Source: an uncultured Ruminococcus sp. (lineage in GTDB: Bacteria; Bacillota; Clostridia; Oscillospirales; CAG-272). From it: 64,000 nucleotides of DNA. Below the pieces are notes generated by a model. That model worked only from the letters and a program-made list of their open reading frames with translations, did no database searches and was not told the DNA's origin. The translations under genes and the position numbers were made by a program. Location: the NCBI GenBank assembly GCA_964634795.1, contig CAZWLL010000002.1, positions 5,836 to 69,835 of the forward strand. The letters are read 5' to 3'. Positions 48,200 through 57,161 of the stretch are shown here, piece by piece (positions within the stretch are counted from its first letter, which is position 1; each line of letters starts with the position of its first letter).

Positions 48200-49690
48200 A
48201 TGAGTCTTGCGTTGAAAAATCTGCTTACTCATATAACTTATGAAGCAGTCGGAAAACCGAATGAAGAAATGATTGTAGATTCAATCGAATATGATTCGCG
48301 GAAGGTTACGCCGTCATCCTTTTTCTTCTGTCTTCCCGGTGCTAAGGTAGACGGGCACGATTATGCTGCAGCAGCTTACGATTTAGGATGCCGTCTGTTT
48401 GCGGTAGAAAAACAGCTCCCTCTTCCAAGTGACGCATGCCAGATTATAGTTCGTTCCACTCGATATGTATTGGCTTTTGTTTCCGCCGCATTTTACGGAT
48501 ACCCGTCTGAAAAATTAACTGTCATCGGAATCACCGGAACTAAAGGAAAAACAACGACATCGATTCTCATAGAAGAGATTATGCTTCATAACGGCATTAA
48601 ATGTGCATACATAGGTTCAAACGGTGTCAACATTGGCAGTGAACATTATGACACAATGAACACCACACCCGAAAGCCGTGAGCTGCACAGATATTTCTCC
48701 CTGATGGTTGATGCCGGATTCACACATGTTGTAATGGAGGTATCATCCCAGGCACTCGATAGATACAGAGTCAGCGGAATCAAATTCGACACAGTCATTT
48801 ACACTAACCTTTCGCCTGATCACATCAGTCCTGTCGAACATGCGACGTTTGACGAATATCGTGAGGCAAAGCATAAGCTGTTTACCGATTACAGTGCCAA
48901 ACATATGGTATTCAACGCAGATGATTCAAATCACGCGTATATGTGTGAAGGAGTTCCGGCTGACTTAAAATTTTTAAGCTATGCCGTGAATACGTCCGCT
49001 GATTTCGGTGCCGACAATATAAGACCATACAGAGATAAAACCTCACTCGGTATAGATTTTAATGTTATCCATAATAGTACATCAGTTGCCGCGAGACTCA
49101 GGACACCGGGTTTATTCAGTGTGTATAATGCCCTCGCAGCCATTACGACATGCTCGATTTACGGAATTACGGTTGATGAATCCTCAAATACGCTTAGAAC
49201 AATCTCGATACGCGGACGAAGCGAAATTGTCGATGCGATTGACAACATAACGTTTATAATTGACTACGCGCACAACGGATTAAGCTTAACAAACGAATTG
49301 ACTGAGTTGAGAAGCTACAACCCGGCACGTCTTATATGCGTTTTCGGCTGCATAGGCGGCAGAACATACGGCAGACGCAAGGAGCTCGCAGAAGCCTCGG
49401 GTAAGCTCGCGGATTTGACGATAATCACATCCGATAATCCCGATAATGAAGACCCCGATGCAATCATTGAGAACGTACTTACGTATTTCGACAAAACAAA
49501 ACCGTACTGTACAATAACAGACCGCGAGAAAGCTGTTCGCTATGCGGTTGACATTGCACAGGATGGCGATATAGTTCTCTTTGCCGGAAAAGGTCACGAG
49601 ACATATCAGCTTGTTAACGGAAAAAAGTGTCCGTTTTCCGAACGCAGTATCATCATCGATGAAGCGCAGAAGCTGATTAAACAGAAATAA
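48200..49690 (+). CDS. murE: UDP-N-acetylmuramoyl-L-alanyl-D-glutamate:diamino-acid ligase MurE (probably not meso-DAP type)
   Basis: P-loop GITGTKGKTT and Mur ligase domains. The specificity motif reads DNPD (49433-49444) rather than DNPR. Confidence 0.9.
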   Translation: MSLALKNLLTHITYEAVGKPNEEMIVDSIEYDSRKVTPSSFFFCLPGAKVDGHDYAAAAYDLGCRLFAVEKQLPLPSDACQIIVRSTRYVLAFVSAAFYGYPSEKLTVIGITGTKGKTTTSILIEEIMLHNGIKCAYIGSNGVNIGSEHYDTMNTTPESRELHRYFSLMVDAGFTHVVMEVSSQALDRYRVSGIKFDTVIYTNLSPDHISPVEHATFDEYREAKHKLFTDYSAKHMVFNADDSNHAYMCEGVPADLKFLSYAVNTSADFGADNIRPYRDKTSLGIDFNVIHNSTSVAARLRTPGLFSVYNALAAITTCSIYGITVDESSNTLRTISIRGRSEIVDAIDNITFIIDYAHNGLSLTNELTELRSYNPARLICVFGCIGGRTYGRRKELAEASGKLADLTIITSDNPDNEDPDAIIENVLTYFDKTKPYCTITDREKAVRYAVDIAQDGDIVLFAGKGHETYQLVNGKKCPFSERSIIIDEAQKLIKQK

Positions 49691-49745
49691 TTATTTATAG
49701 CCTCTGCACAAATTAAACGACGGCTGAATATCACAAATAAAAAAT

Positions 49746-49794
49746 GCCTGTTTCGATAATTTTCTTCGAATTATCGTAAACAGGCTGTTTTTTT
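49746..49794 (+). terminator. Intrinsic terminator after murE
   Basis: GCCTGTTTCGATAATT-loop-AATTATCGTAAACAGGC (one bulge) followed by TGTTTTTTT. Confidence 0.65.
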
Positions 49795-49828
49795 CCCATC
49801 GAGAATATTGCGAACAAGCAGTGCTATT

Positions 49829-50452
49829 TTATTCTTTAATTGTCGTGATAAGCTCCTTGGCGTACGGAAGAGTTTCTATCCACTTACAGTATTCTCTCCA
49901 CTCCTGAAGCTTATGATTTCTTCTCGCGTAATATATATTAACCAGGTTTTCGTAATTAAGTGTACAGGTTCTCATCTGATTGTATGATGACGGTAGAAGC
50001 TGTATCATGTCATGCCAATACGAAATATCCTTGGTTTCAAGATATAACTTTCTTCTGTCCTCAAGTACAGCTATTGTCGCATCGAGAGATGAAAGCGCGA
50101 CATTCGACATTCTGTCATGGCTGAAATCATCTCTTGAAAATTCCTTTGAATGAATCTTATGCATGGTACTGGTGGAATTGGCAACTGTACCGACCTTATA
50201 TGTATCATATTCTTTCCACCAATATATCGGAGCAGTTACGTCCACCGATACAAATATCATTCGCATAAACTTTCTGTCATCACTTCCGGCATGACATAAA
50301 GTCTTCATAAGCTTCATGTCATTTTCTCCGACAACAAATTTACCGTTTTCATCGTATCCGCTGTCGATTTTCGCCCATGAATTCATAGGATTTCTCATGC
50401 CCCGAATAGCATTCTCGAAATTCATTACAGCACCGTTTTCTATTTTTATCAT
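49829..50452 (-). CDS. ThyX-fold (flavin-dependent thymidylate synthase-like) protein lacking the canonical RHR...S signature
   Basis: By-eye alignment to T. maritima ThyX: TAPIYWWKEYDTYKVGTVANSTSTMH against [25 protein letters not shown], and MRTCTLNYENLVNIYYARRNHKLQEWRE against [27 protein letters not shown]. Start set at the ATG at 50452 with GGGGAG upstream. Confidence 0.5.
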   Translation of the reverse strand: MIKIENGAVMNFENAIRGMRNPMNSWAKIDSGYDENGKFVVGENDMKLMKTLCHAGSDDRKFMRMIFVSVDVTAPIYWWKEYDTYKVGTVANSTSTMHKIHSKEFSRDDFSHDRMSNVALSSLDATIAVLEDRRKLYLETKDISYWHDMIQLLPSSYNQMRTCTLNYENLVNIYYARRNHKLQEWREYCKWIETLPYAKELITTIKE

Positions 50453-50465
50453 AATACTCCCCGAC

Positions 50466-51356
50466 TTATTCAGATTTAATGTTTTTAGCCTTGTTTCTTG
50501 CTTCTTCGATTTCACTCAGTTCAAATGTATACTTTTTACCGCAGAACAAACACGATGTTTCTATCGGCTTGTCTTCCGATTTCAGCTCATTCATATCGTC
50601 TTCCCCGAGTCCTACAAGAGCTCTGAGATATTTTTCTCTGCCGCAATTACATTTGTATTCAATATCGAATTCATCAAACATCTGGTATTCAATACCGTCA
50701 AAAAGAAGTGCTATAATTTCATCTCCGTTTTTGCCGTCAGCTATCATTTTCGAAACGGAGTCAAGCATATTTACATTTGTCTCTATTCGATCTACATCGG
50801 CATCGGTATACCCAGGCATCAACTGAATAAGATATCCGCCTGCGGCAAAGCACATGTTATCCTGATTAACTCTTACACCTAAAGCGCAAACAGTCGGTGT
50901 CTGCTCACTGTTCGCGAAATATTCGGTGATATCCTCGGCAATCTCTCCCGAGACAATCGGGGACATTCCGACATACGGTTCGTTCATCCCCATATCCTTG
51001 ATTACATACAATGTACCCTTGCCTACAGCGCCACCTACATCAAGCTTGCCGAATTTATTCGGAGGCAGCTCTACATTCATGTCATCCGCATAACCGCGTA
51101 CATTTCCTTTGTAATCACCTACGCAAATTATCTTTCCGCAAGGACCGTCTCCTTTAATCTGCAGAGTAAGCGTGTTGTCCTGATCCTTCAGCAGACATGC
51201 CATGAGTGATGTTGCGGTAAGTGCTCTTCCCAAAACAGCTGTCATTGTTTTGGATGTTTTGTGTATTTCACATGAGCGGCGGACGATATCCGTACTATCG
51301 CAAAAAATAACTCTGATTCCGCCGTCCGATGATAAAGCTCTTTTAATTATTGACAT
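50466..51356 (-). CDS. hslO: Redox-regulated chaperone Hsp33
   Basis: C-terminal zinc centre CNCGREKY ... CLFCGKKY. Confidence 0.9.
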   Translation of the reverse strand: MSIIKRALSSDGGIRVIFCDSTDIVRRSCEIHKTSKTMTAVLGRALTATSLMACLLKDQDNTLTLQIKGDGPCGKIICVGDYKGNVRGYADDMNVELPPNKFGKLDVGGAVGKGTLYVIKDMGMNEPYVGMSPIVSGEIAEDITEYFANSEQTPTVCALGVRVNQDNMCFAAGGYLIQLMPGYTDADVDRIETNVNMLDSVSKMIADGKNGDEIIALLFDGIEYQMFDEFDIEYKCNCGREKYLRALVGLGEDDMNELKSEDKPIETSCLFCGKKYTFELSEIEEARNKAKNIKSE

Positions 51357-51384
51357 TATTATATTTCCCTTTTATAAATTAATT

Positions 51385-53127
51385 TTAATATGTATTTCCT
51401 TCTGCTATTGCCTTTTTTAAATATTCGAAGAATGTTATCGGATCCAGCAATTCGATATTTTTCTCGGGAGCCGCTCTTTTCATTTCTTCATAAATTTTCA
51501 AGTGATCTGTCGGAGACACAAGTATGGTACGAAAAATATGAAATTTCTTTCTCGGATTGGAATTATTAATAGCATCGATAGCTTGATGAGCCGACTTTAT
51601 TGCATCCACATGTTCTGCACCTATATCGCACGTATGCGTCATAAAAGGTACACCGTTCACTATACATGCCGGTTCTCCGTAACCGTTATACGCAACTCCG
51701 CCGCGTGCGAATCTTGAAAGATCATACATTTGATTGGAATCGGTCTTATGAACTCCGTTTATAACAAATCCGATAATCGATAAATCGAATTGTTCAAAAT
51801 ATTTAATGTTATGTTTTACGTTGGCTTCAGCTCCCGACGGCAAATCCGAGAAAATTCTCGGAGGATACAGTAAACGTGGATTATTGTATCCCGCACCCGA
51901 GTCGCCTGCTTCGAAATAATCGTTCTCGGTATAGTTCTCATATATGAAATCAAACGCCTGCGGTATTCTGTCGGACAAATTCGGATTGAAACACCACATA
52001 AGCGGTATCTTGCCTAAATTTTCATCCTTATACCATCGCGGTATAAATCTTGCGGTCCATGCCGCCGCATCGTAATCCCCGACATAGAAAAGAATGTATG
52101 TTTTATCTTTGTCGTATCCATTTTCCGGAGGATTAGGTTTACGGTTGCGATAGTGTCCCTTCAGAGGAAAATGACAATACACGCTGGCGTCTGCAAGTCC
52201 GCAATACCCTGCCGCATCGGCATCCTTTACACAATTATATGCTGAGAAAATTTCTCCCAGTCTCCATTCGGATTCGACACCTTCATGGTGGTTTTTATTT
52301 CCGAAATCCGTATATTTAACGTGCCAGGGATTGAATCCGCAAACCGTTGTTATTTTCTCTCCTTTGGTTTTCTCATACTGCTCTCTTAATATACGCTTCA
52401 TCGTTTTCAAATCGGTACCGATCGGCTGTGTTTTATCATCACACGGAGTTTCATCGTCAAAACAGAACAAATCAAAAACGAAAGCTTTTTTAGATACAGC
52501 ATAATCCATATTCGGAACAAAGGCATTGCCCATATCTCCGTAATACCATCCGTCATCGGCCCAGCTTACACCGTCAAGCGTAAAGAAAAGAATGCTGTCC
52601 GATGTCTTATCCATATATTTGTTTAATGCCCAAATATACGCATCGCATTTACTGCTTCCCGTAGTATCCTCATCGGTTTCCCATATTTTTCCTTCAGCCG
52701 TAAATTTATCACACAAGTCGAGTTTTACATCCGCTCCTGTGTTGTTTACGATTATGTTATATGCTCTGCTGTCTCGACGCACAGGAAGATATCCGTCAAC
52801 ACCGCACGCTGTGGTTGCGGCATTTAGAGTTGACGGTACCGACGGATCCCACAGCGAAATTCCGCAGCTACGTATTGTATTGCGGAAGGTATCCAGTACA
52901 TCCTCTACGGTTTTAAGCTCCGATATTTGCTCTCCGTATAAGAATTTTCCTTCGGATGTAATATAGTTAAGCCAGAACTCGTCTTGAGGTTCCCATAATA
53001 TAAACAATGTCGGTTTTTCACGATTCAGTATTCCCTGAAGACATGTTATAAATCTGAAAATGTCATAACATACAACGGTATCGTCTCCGTATACCGCGGT
53101 GGCTTTATTAATATCAAGTGTATACAT
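51385..53127 (-). CDS. GxGYxYP-family putative glycoside hydrolase, no signal peptide
   Basis: Motif AGDSGAGYNNPRLL (GxGYxxP). 580 aa. Confidence 0.5.
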   Translation of the reverse strand: MYTLDINKATAVYGDDTVVCYDIFRFITCLQGILNREKPTLFILWEPQDEFWLNYITSEGKFLYGEQISELKTVEDVLDTFRNTIRSCGISLWDPSVPSTLNAATTACGVDGYLPVRRDSRAYNIIVNNTGADVKLDLCDKFTAEGKIWETDEDTTGSSKCDAYIWALNKYMDKTSDSILFFTLDGVSWADDGWYYGDMGNAFVPNMDYAVSKKAFVFDLFCFDDETPCDDKTQPIGTDLKTMKRILREQYEKTKGEKITTVCGFNPWHVKYTDFGNKNHHEGVESEWRLGEIFSAYNCVKDADAAGYCGLADASVYCHFPLKGHYRNRKPNPPENGYDKDKTYILFYVGDYDAAAWTARFIPRWYKDENLGKIPLMWCFNPNLSDRIPQAFDFIYENYTENDYFEAGDSGAGYNNPRLLYPPRIFSDLPSGAEANVKHNIKYFEQFDLSIIGFVINGVHKTDSNQMYDLSRFARGGVAYNGYGEPACIVNGVPFMTHTCDIGAEHVDAIKSAHQAIDAINNSNPRKKFHIFRTILVSPTDHLKIYEEMKRAAPEKNIELLDPITFFEYLKKAIAEGNTY

Positions 53128-54009
53128 TTAATCCTCTGTTCCCGCATCACGGCACATACCGATAAAGCTTTTATCCATTTCAGACAGCTTTTTATCTTTA
53201 TGATATATAAGCTTGTACTTGCGTTTGAATTCGATATTATCTATAAATACCTCTTTTATACTGCCGCTGTTTATTCTTTCCGCAGCCATTCTATACGGAA
53301 CCACCGCTATTCCGAGTCCCGCTTCGGCAGCGTTTATTAAAGCCGCTGTACTCATACTCTCCCACGTAGGCTTCGGGAGCGGATACGATTTCGACGTCAA
53401 TGTACTCTCGAACACTTCGCGTGTGCCGCTTCCTTTTTCTCGGAGTAAAAAACTGAAATTGTATATTTCGTCCGCTTTGATAACATTCTCTTCGAAATCA
53501 TCGGAAACCACCAGCGCAAGTCTGTCTTCCATGAAGTCTTCATATATAAGATTTGCATCGTGGATAATTCCCTCAACCAATGCGAAATCAAGCTTGTTTT
53601 CTATAATAAACGATTCAAGCTCTTCCGAACGGTTGATTATAACGTTTACCTTTGTATCGGGATATGTGAGATTAAATTTTTTCACAAATTTCGGCATCAG
53701 CATCGCACCGATTGATATACTCGCGCCTACACGTATTATTCCCGATTTTTCCCATGACCTTATTCTTTTTTCCATATCATCGAATGTTAATGTTATGGCG
53801 TTTGAATATTCGAGAAATAATTTTCCCGCCTCACTTATATACAATCTGCGTGATATTCTGTCAAACAATTTTACTCCATAGTAATTCTCAAGCTCGGATA
53901 TTGCGAGGCTTACGGCAGGCTGAGTCATATTAAGCTTTTCAGCAGCTTTTGTAATGCTGTATCCGTTTTCACAGACTGTTTTAAATATTCGCATATGTCG
54001 TACAGTCAT
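53128..54009 (-). CDS. LysR-family transcriptional regulator
   Basis: N-terminal wHTH (ITKAAEKLNMTQPAVSLAISELE) plus a LysR substrate-binding domain. Divergent from the chrA pair. Confidence 0.9.
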   Translation of the reverse strand: MTVRHMRIFKTVCENGYSITKAAEKLNMTQPAVSLAISELENYYGVKLFDRISRRLYISEAGKLFLEYSNAITLTFDDMEKRIRSWEKSGIIRVGASISIGAMLMPKFVKKFNLTYPDTKVNVIINRSEELESFIIENKLDFALVEGIIHDANLIYEDFMEDRLALVVSDDFEENVIKADEIYNFSFLLREKGSGTREVFESTLTSKSYPLPKPTWESMSTAALINAAEAGLGIAVVPYRMAAERINSGSIKEVFIDNIEFKRKYKLIYHKDKKLSEMDKSFIGMCRDAGTED

Positions 54010-54109
54010 ATAAGCGATTCCTTATTATTTTGATTAATTTATATCATTTTACAAATCATCTCTTCTGTAGTATACTTATTATATCATAATTTTATTTTAC
54101 GGAGAAGAA

Positions 54110-54679
54110 ATGACTAAACTAAAACTGTTTCTGCGTTCGCTTGTAATATCATCAACGACTATCGGCGGCGGATTCGTGATTATATCGGTTGTACGATCAC
54201 TTTATGTAGATAAGCTGAAAATACTCAGCGAAGACGATATGCTTGAATTAACATCTCTTGCTCAAAGTGCCCCGGGAGCTGTCGCAATAAACCTTTCAAT
54301 AATTCTGGGATACAAGTTATGCGGTTTACCGGGTGCATTGGTTTCACTGCTCGGTACATTCTTACCACCGTTTGTAATCATGTCGCTTATCGCGGCACTT
54401 TATGGTTTTCTCGGTGAATTCAGGTATAACGAAACAGTATCCGAGTTCATGTCGGGAATGCAAATCGGTGTTTCAGTTGTAATTCTTGATGCCGCCTTAA
54501 AAATGACAGCATCGGTATTTCATGAAAAAAGTGTCTTCAAATACATTATATTCTTCTGCGCTGTGATCCTGCAGCTTTGCTTTTCCGTCAGCTCTGTTTA
54601 TATTGTTTCAGCAGCTATTATCATCGGTATTGTTTCATCTGTAATTACGGGGGTAAAGGAAAAGCATGGTATACATTAA
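54110..54679 (+). CDS. Chromate transporter (CHR) short-chain subunit 1
   Basis: Multi-TM protein with GGGFVIISV...AQSAPGAVAINL typical of the ChrA family. Confidence 0.8.
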   Translation: MTKLKLFLRSLVISSTTIGGGFVIISVVRSLYVDKLKILSEDDMLELTSLAQSAPGAVAINLSIILGYKLCGLPGALVSLLGTFLPPFVIMSLIAALYGFLGEFRYNETVSEFMSGMQIGVSVVILDAALKMTASVFHEKSVFKYIIFFCAVILQLCFSVSSVYIVSAAIIIGIVSSVITGVKEKHGIH

Positions 54680-55223
54680 GCTGTTTGTAACCTTTATTAT
54701 TATCGGAGCTCTCAGCTTCGGCGGAGGATACAGTACATTATCATTGATAAACGAGCTTGTCATAAAACAAATGGCTTGGATAACCAAAGAACAGCTATGC
54801 GATGTTATAACTCTTTCCGAATTAACACCCGGACCTATAGCACTTAATGCTGCTTCATTCACAGGATACACTGTCGGAGGTATCGCAGGTTCTCTGGCAG
54901 CTACCATCGGATGTGTTCTGCCGTCATGCGTGTTAATGGGTATTATCACATACGCATATACTAAATACAAAAAAAGCAAAGCTTTTTCGTCGATTATAGG
55001 TACGATAAATCCGGCTGTTTGTTCACTTATGTTCTCGGCATTCTTTACAATGTTTCTTCCCGTATGCTTCGGTATTGATTCCGTAATTTCTGCTGCAAAT
55101 GCGAAAATCAATATAGTATCACTTGGTATATTTGCCGCCGCATTTATTGCTGTCAAAACGAATAAGATTCCGCCTATAATAATAATTTTGTTATGCGGAA
55201 TTCTATCGGCTGTTATACCGTAA
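54666..55223 (+). CDS. Chromate transporter (CHR) short-chain subunit 2
   Basis: FGGGYSTLSLI...SELTPGPIALNAA. 14-nt overlap with subunit 1. Confidence 0.8.
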   Translation: MVYIKLFVTFIIIGALSFGGGYSTLSLINELVIKQMAWITKEQLCDVITLSELTPGPIALNAASFTGYTVGGIAGSLAATIGCVLPSCVLMGIITYAYTKYKKSKAFSSIIGTINPAVCSLMFSAFFTMFLPVCFGIDSVISAANAKINIVSLGIFAAAFIAVKTNKIPPIIIILLCGILSAVIP

Positions 55224-55886
55224 TTACATCAAAACCTGATCGTTTATTATCAGTCTGAACCGCAGTCCCAACCTTTCGGCTGCCTTACGGCATAAAATCA
55301 TTCTCTCGAGAAATATCTCGAAATAGTCGGTAACCGTTGAAAACTCAGTATCTATACCGAGGTTCAGAATAACCTCGGTTTTTTCTTCGTTGATTTTCAG
55401 TGAAGACGAAAATACCGAATAGTTAACTCTGTCATGTATATCGAATTTTGACATTTCAATATTTCTCACACGGCTTCTTCTTACATCAGACTTGTCTGCA
55501 AGAAATAATGCCGCGGAAATCGCATTTACGGGAATGCCCGTTCCTTCATCATGATTTCCGATAGCCGTTACAACATCCGATATGTCTGCGGCATCCATTC
55601 CCAATTTATCGAGTATTCTGAATGCCATAACCGCACCGCTTTGAGAATGCTCGAAACGATTCACAAGGTTTCCGATGTCATGCAGATATGCCGCGATTTT
55701 CACAAGCTCCACCTGGTGCTCATCGTAACCTAAGGTTTCCAATATATATCCCGCAGACTGAGCTACTTTCGTCACATGAGCGAATGAGTGCTCAGTATAT
55801 CCGATTGCGTTCAGTGATTCATCGGCCTTTTTTATATATGTGTTTATGCTTTCGTTTTTAATTATATCGTTATAAGTTATCATCAT
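55224..55886 (-). CDS. HD-domain phosphohydrolase
   Basis: FAHVTKV ... AAYLHDIGN ... GNHDE metal-binding motifs. Confidence 0.75.
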   Translation of the reverse strand: MMITYNDIIKNESINTYIKKADESLNAIGYTEHSFAHVTKVAQSAGYILETLGYDEHQVELVKIAAYLHDIGNLVNRFEHSQSGAVMAFRILDKLGMDAADISDVVTAIGNHDEGTGIPVNAISAALFLADKSDVRRSRVRNIEMSKFDIHDRVNYSVFSSSLKINEEKTEVILNLGIDTEFSTVTDYFEIFLERMILCRKAAERLGLRFRLIINDQVLM

Positions 55887-56104
55887 TTTACCACGTTATT
55901 AAAGTAATTATACCGTTCTAAACGGAATCATTCGTTATTTTCTTAGTTTACCGTTATATTATATCACAATCGAAAGTGCGTTTCAACATTCCCTTGATGT
56001 AAACTTATATTTTACATAAATCGTCGGAGCACGATTGCGATAATTAAAACGCGCACATCGAAAACGCACATCTTGCACAGCACCACATTGGTATATTGTT
56101 TATA

Positions 56105-56941
56105 TTAGCCTTTGCGCTGTCGATATTCTCCCGGCGTTACACCGAGCTTCTGCTTGAAAATGCGTAAAAAATAGAGTGTGTCTCCGTATCCGCACGCCTG
56201 TGCAATCTCCGACAGAGTGTCATCGGTCTGCAGCAAAAGGTCGCATGCACGCTGCATTCTGAGTGCGATTCGGTACTCGTTCGGTGAAAAACCGGTACAA
56301 TCGTGAAAAACGCTTCTGTATCTGCTTTCGCTTAAATGCTCCATGGAGGCAAGGGATGCGACCGAAATATTCTCGGTGAAGTGACAATGCAAATACTGCA
56401 GTGAAATAAGCGTTCTCGATAAAACCGAATTTTCCCTCTCCATACACCGCGCCAATTCGGTAAGCAGCAAAGTCAAACGGGCACCGCACGAATCATCAAA
56501 TCCAATACCGCGCTCGATAAACTCTCGGAATATATCACCGAACAGGCTGTCTATTGTATCATTATCGGAATTAAAACGATATAGTTTTCCCGTCTCAATC
56601 CCAAGTCCCGAGATAAGTCTGCCCGCGTGAAAGCCTGTAAAATGAACCCAGTTGTATGTCATTCTTTCTCCGTCCGAGAGGGCATAACGATATGGAGTGT
56701 GCGGTTTATAAATACAGAACATGCCCTGTGAAAAGTCCTGCGGTATACCTTCTATCCACGCCATAAGTCTTCCCTCGGTCATAACCTGCAAATAATAATC
56801 ATCACGTCCTGCGGGAACATTTGTCACAAAAGAATTTGTTAAATTGCAACAACCAGCGCAGTTCACTATCAGCGGTTCCTCATCAATCTGCGGATGAACA
56901 TCCTGCAAATGAATAGAACGGTAATATTCCTGATTTTCCAT
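56105..56941 (-). CDS. AraC-family transcriptional regulator (cupin sensor + HTH)
   Basis: C-terminal double HTH (SLASMEHLSESRYRSVFH..., IAQACGYGDTLYFLRIFKQ). Confidence 0.85.
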   Translation of the reverse strand: MENQEYYRSIHLQDVHPQIDEEPLIVNCAGCCNLTNSFVTNVPAGRDDYYLQVMTEGRLMAWIEGIPQDFSQGMFCIYKPHTPYRYALSDGERMTYNWVHFTGFHAGRLISGLGIETGKLYRFNSDNDTIDSLFGDIFREFIERGIGFDDSCGARLTLLLTELARCMERENSVLSRTLISLQYLHCHFTENISVASLASMEHLSESRYRSVFHDCTGFSPNEYRIALRMQRACDLLLQTDDTLSEIAQACGYGDTLYFLRIFKQKLGVTPGEYRQRKG

Positions 56942-57161
56942 AATTGCACTCCTCCATTCCTTTACTTATTAAAGCAACAGTCGAAATGTCCATAAAGACG
57001 GTCGTTTCCTGTATTGTACGGATAAGCATTTTGGGTTACACTAAAGTAGCAGACGCGAAACACATCGATCGGAACTATGTTTGCATTATAGCATATTCTC
57101 CGATCGTTGAAAAGCGCATTTTATGAACGAAACATCTTTCCGAATAAGGAGGAATCAAGCA

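Noticed and set aside
50453-50515. Longer 228-aa version of the ThyX-fold ORF, overlapping the 3' end of hslO by 50 nt.
   Set aside because: The internal ATG at 50452 has a GGGGAG RBS at proper spacing and removes the overlap. The extra 21 aa (MKSKKQETRLKTLNLNKSGSI) have no counterpart in ThyX-fold proteins.
54110-55223. A chrA gene split in two as a possible frameshifted pseudogene.
   Set aside because: Two overlapping ~185-aa CHR genes are the normal short-chain heterodimeric arrangement (as in Bacillus ywrA/ywrB-type pairs). Both halves have their own start and intact motifs.
56046-56073. Imperfect direct repeat AAAACGCGCACATC / AAAACG-CACATC just downstream of the AraC gene.
   Set aside because: It is short, imperfect and a single occurrence, in a 3' intergenic position. 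That is not enough to call a binding site or repeat element.
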